Origin: Paraspadella gotoi
Lineage: Eukaryota; Animalia; Chaetognatha
Direction: 5' to 3'
Length of the DNA stretch: 64,000 nucleotides
NCBI GenBank assembly: GCA_051294375.1
Contig: CM119269.1
Location: forward strand, 3,142,026-3,206,025
In this document: in pieces, positions 1-18,868 of the stretch
Layout of the letters: each line of letters begins with the position of its first letter
Position numbering within the stretch: the stretch's first letter is position 1
Program-made: the position numbers and the translations under genes
The notes under the pieces: model-generated
The model's database searches: none
The model's input: the letters and a program-made list of their open reading frames with translations, nothing else
What the model was told of the DNA's origin: nothing

Positions 1-435
1 AAAAAAACGCAACTAGTTACTTTAGAACCAAATAAAAAAAATTTGTTTCGTTTGTAGAAAACGTATTAAGCTTTTGTTTTCAAAGAAAAAAACGTATAAT
101 TGCTAATAATTTGTTTGCCTAAACTAAATTGAATATAAAAAAATTAATTCGAATGCAAGGACAAGATAAGTGGAAAACTTTTATAACATTAGTCAAAAGA
201 ATTTATCATTCTTTATTCTTTCACAATCGTCCGTAATCTGCATTAATTATTTCAATATCTTGAAATTTCTAACATTTAACTATGTTAGACAAAATAGCGT
301 TAAAAAGCTCTTTCTTATTAAATTAACTTATACAAATTCATCTCCCAACCATTCAAGTGCCACGCTTCCGACTTCATTCTTGTAATATATATATATAATT
401 ATTATTATATATATTATATATACTATCAAACGAAC

Positions 436-7290
<6,855 letters not shown>

Positions 7291-7961
7291 TCTGCGCCTT
7301 TTTGTCGAATCCAGTGGCCCAATCAATTAGATTCTATCTTTCATTTTTCACTTTGCCCGTCGATTTCTAGCGAAAAAATTTTGCGATAACCAGTTCGTTC
7401 AATCCTGCTGAGACATCCAACAACGCTTTTTCGATTACACCCGGGAGATTTTCTTTCCGTATGTCGTAGCTTCTTGCCTGGAGGACGTAACTCGCTCTCG
7501 AGACGAATCTTCTTCGCGATTGGTTCAATGAATTTTTTTTTTAATAGTATTTCGTGAGGTGAGTTAATCGAAATTCAACTGGTAAGTTAAACTCGGTCCA
7601 GCCACTTTTGACTAAGGCGAGAACGACTGTGATTTAATGCTTCAAAGTAAAAGCGAAAATTTTTTAAATTATAGTCGTCAATGTTGTAAATATGAAGCAG
7701 ATAAGTGTGCAGAGGTAAGCTTTTTCTCTTTTCTCATTTCGTGCGTTATGTCCTTGGAAATCGAGAGGACAGACACGCAACCTTTTTTTTCCCTTTTCAA
7801 CAAAAATAAAAATCCTTTGCCTTGCATTGTTTCTGATTCAAAATAAATCGTTACAAGAGAATCGAGTTTTAAAAACTAAAGCTAAAGCAACCAACAAAAA
7901 CCTACGTGGTGACGATAATTAATGCGGCGACTTTGTTGGTCAACTTCTTTTTATTTTCTTC

Positions 7962-8010
7962 GGCGAATACTTGAAGCTCCAAAGTCGATTTATCACTCCG
8001 GTAATTTGAA
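7962..8010 (+). pseudogene. Degenerate copy of the 3' part of exon 1 of the Ig gene
   Basis: gaatacttgaagctccaaagtcgatttatcactccg|gtaatttgaa versus gaatacttgaagctcaactgtcgatttcctagcaag|gtaattgaa (~8996-9040). The Cys codon is changed to Ser and there is no in-frame ATG (TAA at 7920). Confidence 0.5.
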
Positions 8011-8899
8011 AAAAAAAGAAGAAAAAAATTAACGGCTATCTGCTTAAAAAAAATGGGGATAAATAATTATGAAAAAGGATATAACGCTTAACTAAGAAAA
8101 TTATTTATAACGATTGTTCCCTTGAGTGCTGAGTTTTTTCTCCGCTTGCCAAAGCAGAAATTATGGAGCAAAAAGAATAAAAGAAACGGGAATTAGTTTT
8201 CATTGTTGTTATTTAATTATCACAGTGTGTCCCAATGGTGCTGTCGATTAATAAAAGTTACTACTCCTATACCAGATCGAAAAACTTGAATGTAATAATA
8301 ATAAATGTAATAACTAAATTTTAAAATTAAACAAAGCAAACTCTTGTACATACTCTTGTAGTTATTACATAAAGTAATTGGTAAAACATTTTTTTAATGA
8401 TTTTTAAAATTTTTGTATTAAATCATACTTTTTTAATATCTAATGAATATTTTTTATAATATTTATCAAATAATCGTTTAAGGGTTGGGTCAAGACAGCT
8501 GCGTTCGTGGGAAGTTTTGAGGGAATGTTGAGAAAGTGATGGGCAGCCTGCAAATTGTGGGAGCTTATGCAATAGAATGTAAAAAGAGTCAGAAGTGATA
8601 GAAATGTAAAGTTATGGGTAAGAAGAAAAATAAGAAACGAAGGATATCTATTTACTCGGTGGCACAAAACACATTTAATATTGTATTTACATTGTAAGTC
8701 CTTTAAGAGCCAGTAAGATCCAATGAAGGCCTTTTTTAAAAATAGTTGTATTCTCTAACTCTTTGTTTTGCCCTACAGCGTTTGCTTTTCTTCTAAAATA
8801 TCATTGTTTTGATAGAACTTCTTTTTACAATTGGGAATCTACCTTTTTTTTCATTTCTATACATGAACTTGAAATATTTATACAGTGCTTAAAATAAAA

Positions 8900-11235
8900 A
8901 TGGAGACAAAATTGTTAATTTCGTCGTTGTTCGCCATTCACTTCGTCCTGGTTACATCTGTGCCATTTCCAACTCCAATCTTGGTTCGGCCCGATGAATA
9001 CTTGAAGCTCAACTGTCGATTTCCTAGCAAGGTAATTGAAATATACTAGTTCATAAATATTTTATTAAATAAGAACTTAATACTTTGTATTGAAAATCTT
9101 TGAGCGGGAGCGGGGGTAAAGATAATAGGATAAAAGTCAAACGTAAAAATGAATTAAAAATGTTTTTAAAAAAAGGCGACAAAGAGCATATATATACAAA
9201 TGGACATACATATGTTTTAATTTCAGTTAACATCAGAGCAAATGCGAGAAGTGAAATGGTCTCTGCTTCACGACGATTTGAAAGAGTCACGTGATCCCGT
9301 GAACCTCGACTCTCGAGTCCTCGTCGATTACGAAGGAAATCTTCACTTCGCGAATGTCAGGTGAGTTTGTGATTTTTCCTCTTTTCAAATCTATCACCAC
9401 CATTAGAATGTGAAATACTTAGTTGTGAAAAGTTACGTGCCGAGAATAGATTTTCACTCTCTCTTCCAGTCTCAGAAAACTTTAGTAGTTGGAAAGAAAA
9501 ACGTAAAGTGAATTTGACCAGCATCAAATCCTAGACCGACCGACCAATCATATTAACAAAACTTACCTACCTAGATTCACGGACGCTCGCGCCGGCCTCA
9601 CCTACCAGTGCCTTCTCAAAAACGGCGAGTCTACACGCTACGGAGTGGACAGATACGAGCTGAGGCTTCAGTCGCCCCCTGTCGGACAAATATCCCTCGA
9701 GTCCAAATGGACGTCGACGACCAACGTGACGGTGGAAGCCGGCGACGTGGTCAGGATGAAGTGCATCTTCGAAGGTGAGGAAGAAAGATCAAAGGTTTCG
9801 AAAATTAAGAAAATAGGTTATAAAAAGTGAAAACGAAGTCATAAATATAACATTAAAAACCTTGAAATTTTTATTTTTAAAAATAGTAAGAAATAGTAAA
9901 AATTGATATTTCGGTATAAACATTAAACCAATATGGTCATTTAAATTTTGTCGAATAGGAAAACCGACTCCCTCGATCAAGTGGTACAAAATGTTGCATC
10001 GATATCAAAGTGTAAGTCACATGTAATTTTTTTTATCGTATTCTAAAGTAAATGACATAGTAAAACGTAAATTATTATTATTATTATTTTACACTAATCA
10101 GGCGTCGACTTGGAGGAACGTGACATTGAATTCACGCGTCTCGTCAACCGGAAGCGAATTGATCATCCGTCGTGTCGGTCCTGGGGATGAAGGGCCTTAC
10201 CAGGTTTTAGTCAATCGAACTTTAATCATTTTCAAACGTGTCCTGACTCCTGATGGAATTATTTGAAACCGGTCTGAAGAAATCCAGAATGATGATAAAG
10301 CCTAAGAAGGTTGTTCTTGAAAATGTTTGAACTTAAAAATGCTTTATTGCTTTCAGATTTGTGACGTTTTACTTAAACTTTACTTTCTTTTAGTGTCAAG
10401 GCTTCAACCGAATCTACGATCTCGGTCACCACACCGATTACTACAACGCGCCGGCCGATTTCGAGGTGGCACTGAAGGGGAAGCCTTATTTCCAGAAGGA
10501 CATCACCCGCGCTTATGAGACACACGTCAGTGGTTTTGAGTTAATTGTTAAGTAATAAGTATTTGATTAAGAAAATAGGTTATTTCTGTTGTTTCTTTTT
10601 TCGGAAAGATACAACATGTGGGCGATATTGTTACTTTTTTGTTCAGTTTAGTTTTCAGTTTATTTTGTGACTTTTTACAGATTCTCTGATTCATAATTCT
10701 CTTCTCTACAGGGCGAGGAAGAATACGTCACTCTCATCTGCGTTGCCGCGGGATTTCCTCAACCGACGCTGAGATTGGTCAAAGTACCGATGGATATCTC
10801 CTATTGTTTTACTTCGCGTGAAAAAAAAAATTAAACGATAAAACAATTTAAGTATAATAATACGCATAATTACTATTCTTTCCTTTAAAGGACCACATCT
10901 TTCAACCTTTGGTCAAGTCCTACGTCCTTCCCGATTGGAGCGACCTCTCTGAAGTGAGAATCCAACATCGCATCGCCGCAAACGACTCGTCCGTTTACCA
11001 ATGCCTCGCCGAGAATGTCCACGGCGCCGCCATCTTTGAATTCACCAACGACGACGAGAACGAGAATAAACCGGCGAAGTTTCCCGCGACTGTGTTGACG
11101 ATCGTACTGGTGTCCGTCATCGGAGTCATCGTGTTGGCGTTGATGGCGTGGTTGGCGCGGAGGTGGTGGCGTCGAGAGGGTGGCGTCAAGACGGCGGTGT
11201 TTGTGGGGAGGGTTGAGGGAAAGTGGCGGAAGTGA
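8900..11235 (+). CDS. Type I membrane protein with 3 Ig domains, L1CAM/neuroglian/hemolin-related, ~389 aa, 8 exons
   Basis: Exons 8900-9031, 9227-9360, 9575-9774, 9959-10011, 10102-10203, 10394-10525, 10712-10783 and 10891-11235 splice in frame with GT-AG (1170 nt). Features: signal peptide METKLLISSLFAIHFVLVTS; Ig-a LKLNC..VKW..RVLVDYEGNLHFANV..YQC; Ig-b RMKCIFEGKPTPSIKW..DEGPYQC; Ig-c VTLICVAAGFPQP..NDSSVYQCLAENVHG; TM VLTIVLVSVIGVIVLALMAWLA; short basic tail. Confidence 0.85.
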
Positions 11236-11808
11236 TTAGGGTGGATTGAAGGAGAGGGGGTCCTGGGGGAAGGGAAGTTTTTGAGATTAAGGGATGGGCC
11301 ACTGGAGAAGTAAGTTAAGGAAAAAAATGAAAGAGAAATGACCAAAAAAAAGTAAAAACCGTAGTCGTATCTATATTTATATATATACGTTTGTATTTCC
11401 GAAGAAGTTTCGGCATTTCTTAAAATCCGATTATCACCTCACAACCCATGACAATTTGTCTCGCATTTCAGTATTCACTTTTTGATTTTGTAAAGTGTCA
11501 CAAATGTGTGTCACTATTGTGCTCAACCTCTGTGTTTTTTAAATTATAAATATTAATCTCAATCTTTAAAAAAAAAACTATCCAATTAGATCTTGTAGTC
11601 TGGCAATCAATCTTCTTGTTACTGATATTTTTAAATAAATTAACAACTAAAAAAAAAAGAAAATAAGGCGGGTTCTTCTCATCCCATTGTAGATCGAGAG
11701 CAAAACTCTCTCTCTCTCTCTAAGTCTAAGTCTCTCCTTTGACTCTCTCTTTCTCTTTTGCACCGGGAACGCGGTCAACGAATTAATGGGTCAGACCGCG
11801 TATTACCC

Positions 11809-11877
<69 letters not shown>

Positions 11878-12160
11878 TAACCCCACTACGTCTGTCTTCG
11901 CGGTCTTTCCTCGGCGAATGTAGGGGCAAGATCTGCGAAGGTCAAAGCCCCCGTTCGGTTTTCGGGGTCGAGATTCCGGGTTAAGAGAGCAAAAGAGGAG
12001 AATTGGAGGTCGGAGGAGCTAAGAAGGAGGTTAAGTGGGAGGAGAACCGGGTCAGCCCGGGAGGAGGAGCGAGGAGGAGGAGTCACAATTGGAAGAAGAA
12101 CGATCTCGGGATCAAAAGCAAACGAGGGAGAAAAAAATATAGAGCAAGTTATTAGCGGGC

Positions 12161-12194
<34 letters not shown>

Positions 12195-13049
12195 TGAAAT
12201 ATTGAAATATTGATAGTAAAAGTGTTTTACACTGCTTTTAAAAGCTACGTTTTTGAGAAATTATTACTCATTTTCATATAATAACAAGAACTGATGTATT
12301 CTACTATTCTTCTAGTTTACAGATTGTGTGCGCTCTTTTCTAATTCGCAATTTAAACATTTCTCTTCTGGGCAAACATAAAAATAATGAGAATGAGAGAG
12401 AGAGAGAGAGAGCCGTAGAGCCGCCATCAGAAATAGTTTTGTTTTCCTTTTTCAAGTTTTAACCTTTTTCATTTTTAAATTTGACATGAGTCGAGTTAAT
12501 TTTATTTGAGGCAACGAACGTTGACCGCGATTAGAGGACGGGAAGGCCGTGGGCGGTCGTCGTCGTCGTCGTCGTCGTTATTATCGTCATCCTTTGGTGC
12601 CTCACTTTTCTCCAGTGTAAACCAGGTCAGATTCGAATCGTAGAGCGACTCTCGTCAAAGTAGAATTTTCGCTTTAAAACTGTCACATAAAAACGAAGGC
12701 CCTCTTTCTTGTCTTACCTTAATAATTAAGTTAATTAAATAAGTTAATTACCTTATAAACTTTAAAAAAAAATTAATTTGCCTGTTTATGACTAATTGTA
12801 TACTGCTAAGCTAAATAGTTGTAAAAAATTGTTTCATTTTTATATTTAAAAATGTAACTATTTTTATATTTTTAAATATAAGACTAATTGATATTTTTTG
12901 ATAGTATTCGTATATGTATATATGTCTATTATATTCCCTGTTTGTCAAACAGTTTTTTTTAATTCCTAAATAATTTAAAAGAAAGTTGATAACCAAGAAA
13001 ATAGTCAATAAAACAAAACTACGTATCTAAAAGAAAGTCTTAAAACTTC

Positions 13050-13370
13050 TCGGTCACGTCGCCCACGTCCACTGGTGACCCCGTGACCCATCTTACTCGC
13101 GTTATCTGCCCTATTTCGCCCTCTTCGCCCTATTTAGCTCTCGATTTGCCCTCCATTGCCCGGCGCTTCCCCTAGTTTCCCTCCCCCCCCCCTGGTCCAG
13201 TCTCGCGAAATCTCCGCGTTACACTTTCGCGTAACGAGGTCACAATTGGCTCACGTGATTCGTGGGGCGACGAACGGAATTCGAAACGGACGAACTGGCG
13301 TTGAAGGACATTGGTTGATTATGAAAGGATTGACTGGTAAATTGATGGCGCGAGACCAATACGACTGATA
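13050..13370. promoter_or_regulatory. Candidate promoter island
   Basis: GC/CpG-rich island in AT-rich DNA with TCACGTGA, TCTCGCGAAA, TTTCGCGT, GGCGCGAGA and CCAAT/ATTGG motifs. No convincing ORF. Confidence 0.3.
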
Positions 13371-15037
13371 ATCATTATTTTGACTAATTGTAATTGGGTA
13401 TCAAATTCAAGACTGGAGAACAGATAGAATAGAATTTATTATAAAAGGATCGGAACAGGATCTTAGAGTAAAAGAGGTCGTTTTTGAGATTTCGACAACA
13501 TTTAGTTCATTGACAAGTGACACCTTTCACACCGTAGGCCATCGTCGACAGTTTTCCCTTCGAAAGATTCGCAGTCACGCGTTCGTTCTTTCCGTTCCAA
13601 CGACGAACAAAAGAACGACGCAAAAAAAAAACCAAAAATCCCCACGATGCGCCCTCTTGGCGTGGAAGCATAAAATTGAGAAATGATTAATTATTAAAAA
13701 AACATTTTTTTATCGTCTCTAGTGAAAAACGCTTTATGATAAGGTATGTTGGTGCGTAAAAAAAAATAAAGATATAGAATATAACTTAGGAGACTAAAAA
13801 TTGAAACAAATAAATCATTGAAATGAAAGGTAAACGAATTGTGATCCCTGGGCTGCAAAGAATTCCGCCCGGCGCCGGAATCGAACCTTGGAACGAAAGT
13901 CGGCGCTCGTCCCTCCCCGGATTTTCGTGACAACCAAAACTCAACGATGGAATGGCGTGTTGGCAGAAGAGAGTCGAGTCCCTAGTGTTGAATCCAATGA
14001 ATTGCAGATGGTTCCACTTGTTGGCAAAAACTTTCGTTGAAAGCGTCGCATTCTTTTTATCATCGTCCCTGAATTTTTGTATCTTAAATTGACGTTAATT
14101 CAAGTAAATTCAAGTTAAATGAATTGAAAGTCTATCGAATGTGTTGTTTTCGGTTTATGAGACGTTTATAAGACCAAAATATTTAAATACGATATTTAAA
14201 CATTTTCAAAATGATCTCTTTTAAAATAAATTCCATCGGTTTGAAACTGCGAAATAACTGCGACTGCAACTATTTTTCGTCCCGAATTGGAAAAGGAAAA
14301 AAAAAAGAAAAAAAAAGGAAAATAGAAGCCGCACGAAAAAACTTGTTGAACGATGATGACGACTCCATTTCTATCCTCGAGTGGCGAGACTCGTCTCTCG
14401 TTTTCTGACAACCTCGTTTTTCATCGACTACATCGGGTCTTTGCAATTAGCTTTGTACCCATGCATGGAAAGAGCGGGAAAGCTTAAGGGAAGCAGAGCC
14501 AAGCATGAGGGCGAACATGGTTAAATATGCTGCGTTATGGCAAGTATTTTTCGTCTTAGACATCTAACCCAATCAGTCACATCAGCCAAACCAGTCGGCG
14601 CGGTAGGCTATCAAGGACGACCAAGCAAAGATAAACAAGCAGGAATATCGGTAACGGAGGTTACGCCGTCCCGAAAAACCCGCGGGACCAAAACAACATT
14701 CAGCGATCCCGGTCGCTTCTTTTTTTTTTTCCATCTAGCGTCGAATATTTTTTTCTCTTTTATCTAAAAATATTTTTTTTGTATTTTTTTTTTCTCTTTA
14801 TTTTTTATTTTTTCCTTTCGCCGACAAAAAAAACCCACAAAAAACGGGAGATCCGACCAGGAATTCTTCGATGGCAAATTTTTTTATTGTTTGTTTTGTT
14901 TTATCTTTCAACGTTGCATAACGTATATATATTCTTTTCCCTGCGAAAATAAATCGAAGATTTTTGTTGACTTGCCAGCAGTTGGAACAAGAGCGGAATA
15001 AAAACGAAATTCTGCTGACGGGTTTATCGAATTGACA

Positions 15038-16480
15038 ATGTATTCCGTATCGCCGGTCCACCAACCAACTTTTAATGCTCCAAAAACTCCTACGTCGCTC
15101 CACAAGGCCCGGAGTACTTATCGCCAGCTCCATGAGACCCAACTAGCTCCTTCGAGGGCACACAAGAACCAGAATGTCAGCGGTCGTCTTCAACGTCCTA
15201 TGGTTGGACATGACCAGTCCAGACCAGACTATGACCGAACCAAAAAGACTGGACTTCTCGACGAACGCGATTCAATTAGAGATTTGGCCAAATTGGCGGC
15301 GATGAAAAAGGTTCGGTTCGCCTCGGCCGATCTAGAAACTTTTTCCTTCCGGTGCGAAGAGATTAGTTCCGAAAATCGCCGCTCGACGTCGCTTGGATCG
15401 GAAAATAAGACATCGATGGAGGAATCGGACAAGAGAGCATCGCCGTCGAGTTCGGCCACCCGTCACTCGAGTCGCCCGCAGTCGACGGAATCCGCAGAAG
15501 GGAACAAAGGAACAATGAAAACTAGATCCTTGATTTACGAAGATCTGACTTTTTTAACGACGCCGCCGTCGCTAACAGGAACCTGGACCGCGACGCCATT
15601 TTCGTCGACGCGCTCCTCCTCCGGTGACGCCGTGATCCGACGCCGTTCGTTCAACGTCGCCCAACGACGACGATCGACAAGCGACGATTCCAAGAGACGC
15701 GCCCCGGCGCAGATGTCTCTTCCCTGCTCGACATCTCCGGCGTCGTCCACCGGCGCAGCTTTAGTCCGCGTGGCGCACGTGGAACCAAGACGTCGACGAG
15801 GAGAGAGGATCGGTTGCGTGGCGAATGAAGAGAAAAGAACAGATAGTCGTGAGATCGAAAAAAATAATAGCGATTCCATTTTCGACAAAATTACGGTTCC
15901 ATCGATAGATTTTCTCGTGGAACCGTTATCGTCGTCGGCGTCGGCGTCGTCGTCGTCGGCGTCTTCGGCGTCGATTAATTCCGAACCGGAAATTCTTCCG
16001 TGGATTAAGGATGACTTCGATTCTTTCGATCAAGTTTTCCGCGACGATTTTTTCCGCGAAGAAAGAAACGAAGGAATTTCCGTTTTTCTCTCCGAATTCG
16101 ATCGAAAAAACAAAAGAAGAAGCGTCGACCAAATCTGCAACGACGACGACGACGACGAAATCTTTGCCTTCGCTCGCTTAGAGGATTTCGTTAAACGACT
16201 AGACGAGAAGGAACGCGGCGAATTGAGCGAAGAAATAAACGGCGAACTGTGCGGCGAAATAAGGGACGAAAAGGACGAACTCTCGCGATTCCTTTGCAGT
16301 CGGTCAGCATCTGGGACGACGACGATCTCGACGAAAGCGGCGACGACGAAGACGTCGACAGAAACGACGAAGACAACAACGACGACGTCAAAGTCAACGA
16401 CAAACAAAAGAGCGAAAACGGCCAAGTCCAACGTCCACGTCAAATTGGTGAGAAGGTCATGGTTGTTGTTGTTGTTGTGA
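15038..16480 (+). CDS. Uncharacterised Ser/Thr/Arg-rich, probably disordered protein; likely one large exon
   Basis: 482-codon open frame (first ATG at 15038) with the GC-rich composition of the real exons in this window. Possible donor TTG|gtgaga near 16448 and acceptor ttatag near 16517. No recognisable domain. Confidence 0.6.
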   Translation: MYSVSPVHQPTFNAPKTPTSLHKARSTYRQLHETQLAPSRAHKNQNVSGRLQRPMVGHDQSRPDYDRTKKTGLLDERDSIRDLAKLAAMKKVRFASADLETFSFRCEEISSENRRSTSLGSENKTSMEESDKRASPSSSATRHSSRPQSTESAEGNKGTMKTRSLIYEDLTFLTTPPSLTGTWTATPFSSTRSSSGDAVIRRRSFNVAQRRRSTSDDSKRRAPAQMSLPCSTSPASSTGAALVRVAHVEPRRRRGERIGCVANEEKRTDSREIEKNNSDSIFDKITVPSIDFLVEPLSSSASASSSSASSASINSEPEILPWIKDDFDSFDQVFRDDFFREERNEGISVFLSEFDRKNKRRSVDQICNDDDDDEIFAFARLEDFVKRLDEKERGELSEEINGELCGEIRDEKDELSRFLCSRSASGTTTISTKAATTKTSTETTKTTTTTSKSTTNKRAKTAKSNVHVKLVRRSWLLLLL

Positions 16481-16887
16481 TAAGTCTCGATCGTTATATA
16501 ATTATTCTTATTATAGCAGTCCACCGAAATAGGATCAGGTTATGCAGAAGGTTACGATCTCTCGGCCGGGGAAAAATATGATAATCGTTTAGAATTTATT
16601 ATAAAATTACAAGGGTGGTATTTATTTATTTCTCCCTCTCCTCTTCTCTCTCCTCTCTCTCTTCTCCTCTCTCTCTCTCTCTCTCCTCTCTCTCTCCTCT
16701 CTCTTCTCTCTCTCTCTCTCTCTCTCTCGCTCTCTCTCTCCCTCTCCAAATTTTAAAAATGTCTGTTGATGTAATGATTCTACGTATAGCTAAATCCTTC
16801 GTAATCACCCTTTAATTTGGAAAGTTATATCAAAATTCTCGAGAATTGATCGCCGTAAAAAATTCTGGCCCTCCCATCTCCATTATA

Positions 16888-18498
16888 TACGAATCGGAGC
16901 TTTGGGATTTAAAAAAAAAATAGTAATGTAAAAAAAAACGCATTTGGCGGTGGAAAAGGAGGAGGAGGAAAAGAAAGAGGAGGAAGAGGAGGGGTAGAAG
17001 CGGAAAAAAGCGGAAGAAGCGTATCTCTGTGGCGGAAATCTGTGATCTGCCGATTAAAAAAAAAAAAAATCGGAGGGGGAAAATTTTTTGAAAATTTCCT
17101 AAGTTTAATTTCGCCATCGAATCTTTTGAAATCGAACTTAAAAAGATTATTCGAACATTTTTGAACGTTAAATAATAAGAAAAAACAATTTCGTTGTTTG
17201 TTGTTCTTTAACTTAAAACAAGGAGTGACGAGCCAAACAAAACCAACCATCGATCTTTTTTTCTTCTTCGCTTCTCCCGATTTCCCGCCAAAGAATTTCA
17301 ATTTCCGGCTTTCGATAATTTTTTCGCCAAACAATTTTTTTTTAATCAGGTTACAACTATACAAACTATGTAGTTTTTTAAGATTAGTCGGAGCTATTTC
17401 TAGAGAAATAATTTTACAAAGGATGGTAAAGGAATAAAACCTTTGGTAAACAATAATTACATTAACAAGTTCTTTAATCTCCTCAAGTTCTCTATATGAA
17501 AAAAAAATGTTAATAGTTTAAACGTCATCACAAGTACAGGGAGTATAATGAGTAATAGGTTTATTTGTTAATACATTTTTTAAAACCAGTTTCTTATACT
17601 TTCTGTACCGAAGATTTGGTTGGTTACCTTTTAATAAACTTATAGAAAATAAAAAAATATATTCAAAGATATAAGATAAAAAATTTAATAACAAATCTAA
17701 TAGCGGAAAGCAATGAAGTAAAAAAAAATTATGAAAATATGCCTGAAAAAAAAAAAAAAACCGAAAAGGAACATGGAGAGAACAAAGAAACATAATAATT
17801 TTTTAAAAATGTGTTTTAAAAAAGGATTGAAAAACAAATTAGCAAATCTGGCTCGAATAGAAACTTGAGAACGAAAGTTTCTTTAGCACTCACCATGAGT
17901 TTGTGGATTTACTCAGATGCACAAAAAAAAGATGAATTAAAACGAACACATGTTTTTGTTTTTCTCTCTAACCACGTTACAACTAATTAACAATGCCGAT
18001 ATCGGATATCTCAAGTTTACCAGGATCTTAACCATCCAAAATCGATCATGAAAAATTAATTAGGGGAAGACAGAAACTAACGCGTTTAATATGAATGAAT
18101 TTTCTCTACTCAACCGCTTCGAAGTTTTGAACGAAAATACATTTAAATTATGCCCCGAATTTATTTTTTTGCCTTTAAAATAAATATCTAAATAAAATAA
18201 TTGCTATCGCATGCTGTAAGCCTAAGCCCAAATTTTTTATTTTTAAATCTGAATCAAATTTTATGATCTTTTGTCGTAACAAGCATTTTGTAAAGGAAAG
18301 ATTTTTATAGACGTTTATAGTGGCGCTTTTGAAATTTTACTGATTATTTTTTCCTGGCGACTTAAATTACTCGATGGATTATCCTAAACGACTGTATGTT
18401 CATAATGATATAAATTTTTCACCGGTTTGTCACTCAAATGGACAAGAGAGAGATGGAGAGAGAGAGAGAGAGAAGAAGAGAGGAGAGAGAGAGAGAGA

Positions 18499-18539
<41 letters not shown>

Positions 18540-18773
18540 TCGCGCAATGTTATCGTTTTTTTTATCTCATACCAGGCGAAAATCACAAATTAAAACAGTT
18601 ATTTAACGTACGAAGAAAATACTTCAAAAAGATTCATCTGGCAACAATCAAAAGAAAACTTTGAAGCTTCAGGAAAAATTCATGCGCCGCTTGTGGTTCG
18701 ATCAAAAATAACCAAATACTTCTCACTCTAACTTTTTTCTTCCGTTAAGATCTACCCAATTTTCTCATCCATG

Positions 18774-18868
<95 letters not shown>

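Noticed and set aside
13860-13935. tRNA or tRNA-SINE suggested by GGTTCGATTCC (B-box) on minus at 13877-13887
   Set aside because: The T-stem does not pair fully, and I could not build an A-box, cloverleaf or acceptor stem.
15229-16524. Minus-strand ORFs overlapping the 482-aa ORF
   Set aside because: Antisense shadows of a Ser/Thr/Asp-rich frame.
16958-16979. Resemblance to part of the PacBio SMRTbell adapter (GGAGGAGGAGGAAAAGA.AGAG)
   Set aside because: It lacks the CAACAACAACAAC half, lies inside both arms rather than at the fold-back centre, and purine runs are ubiquitous here.
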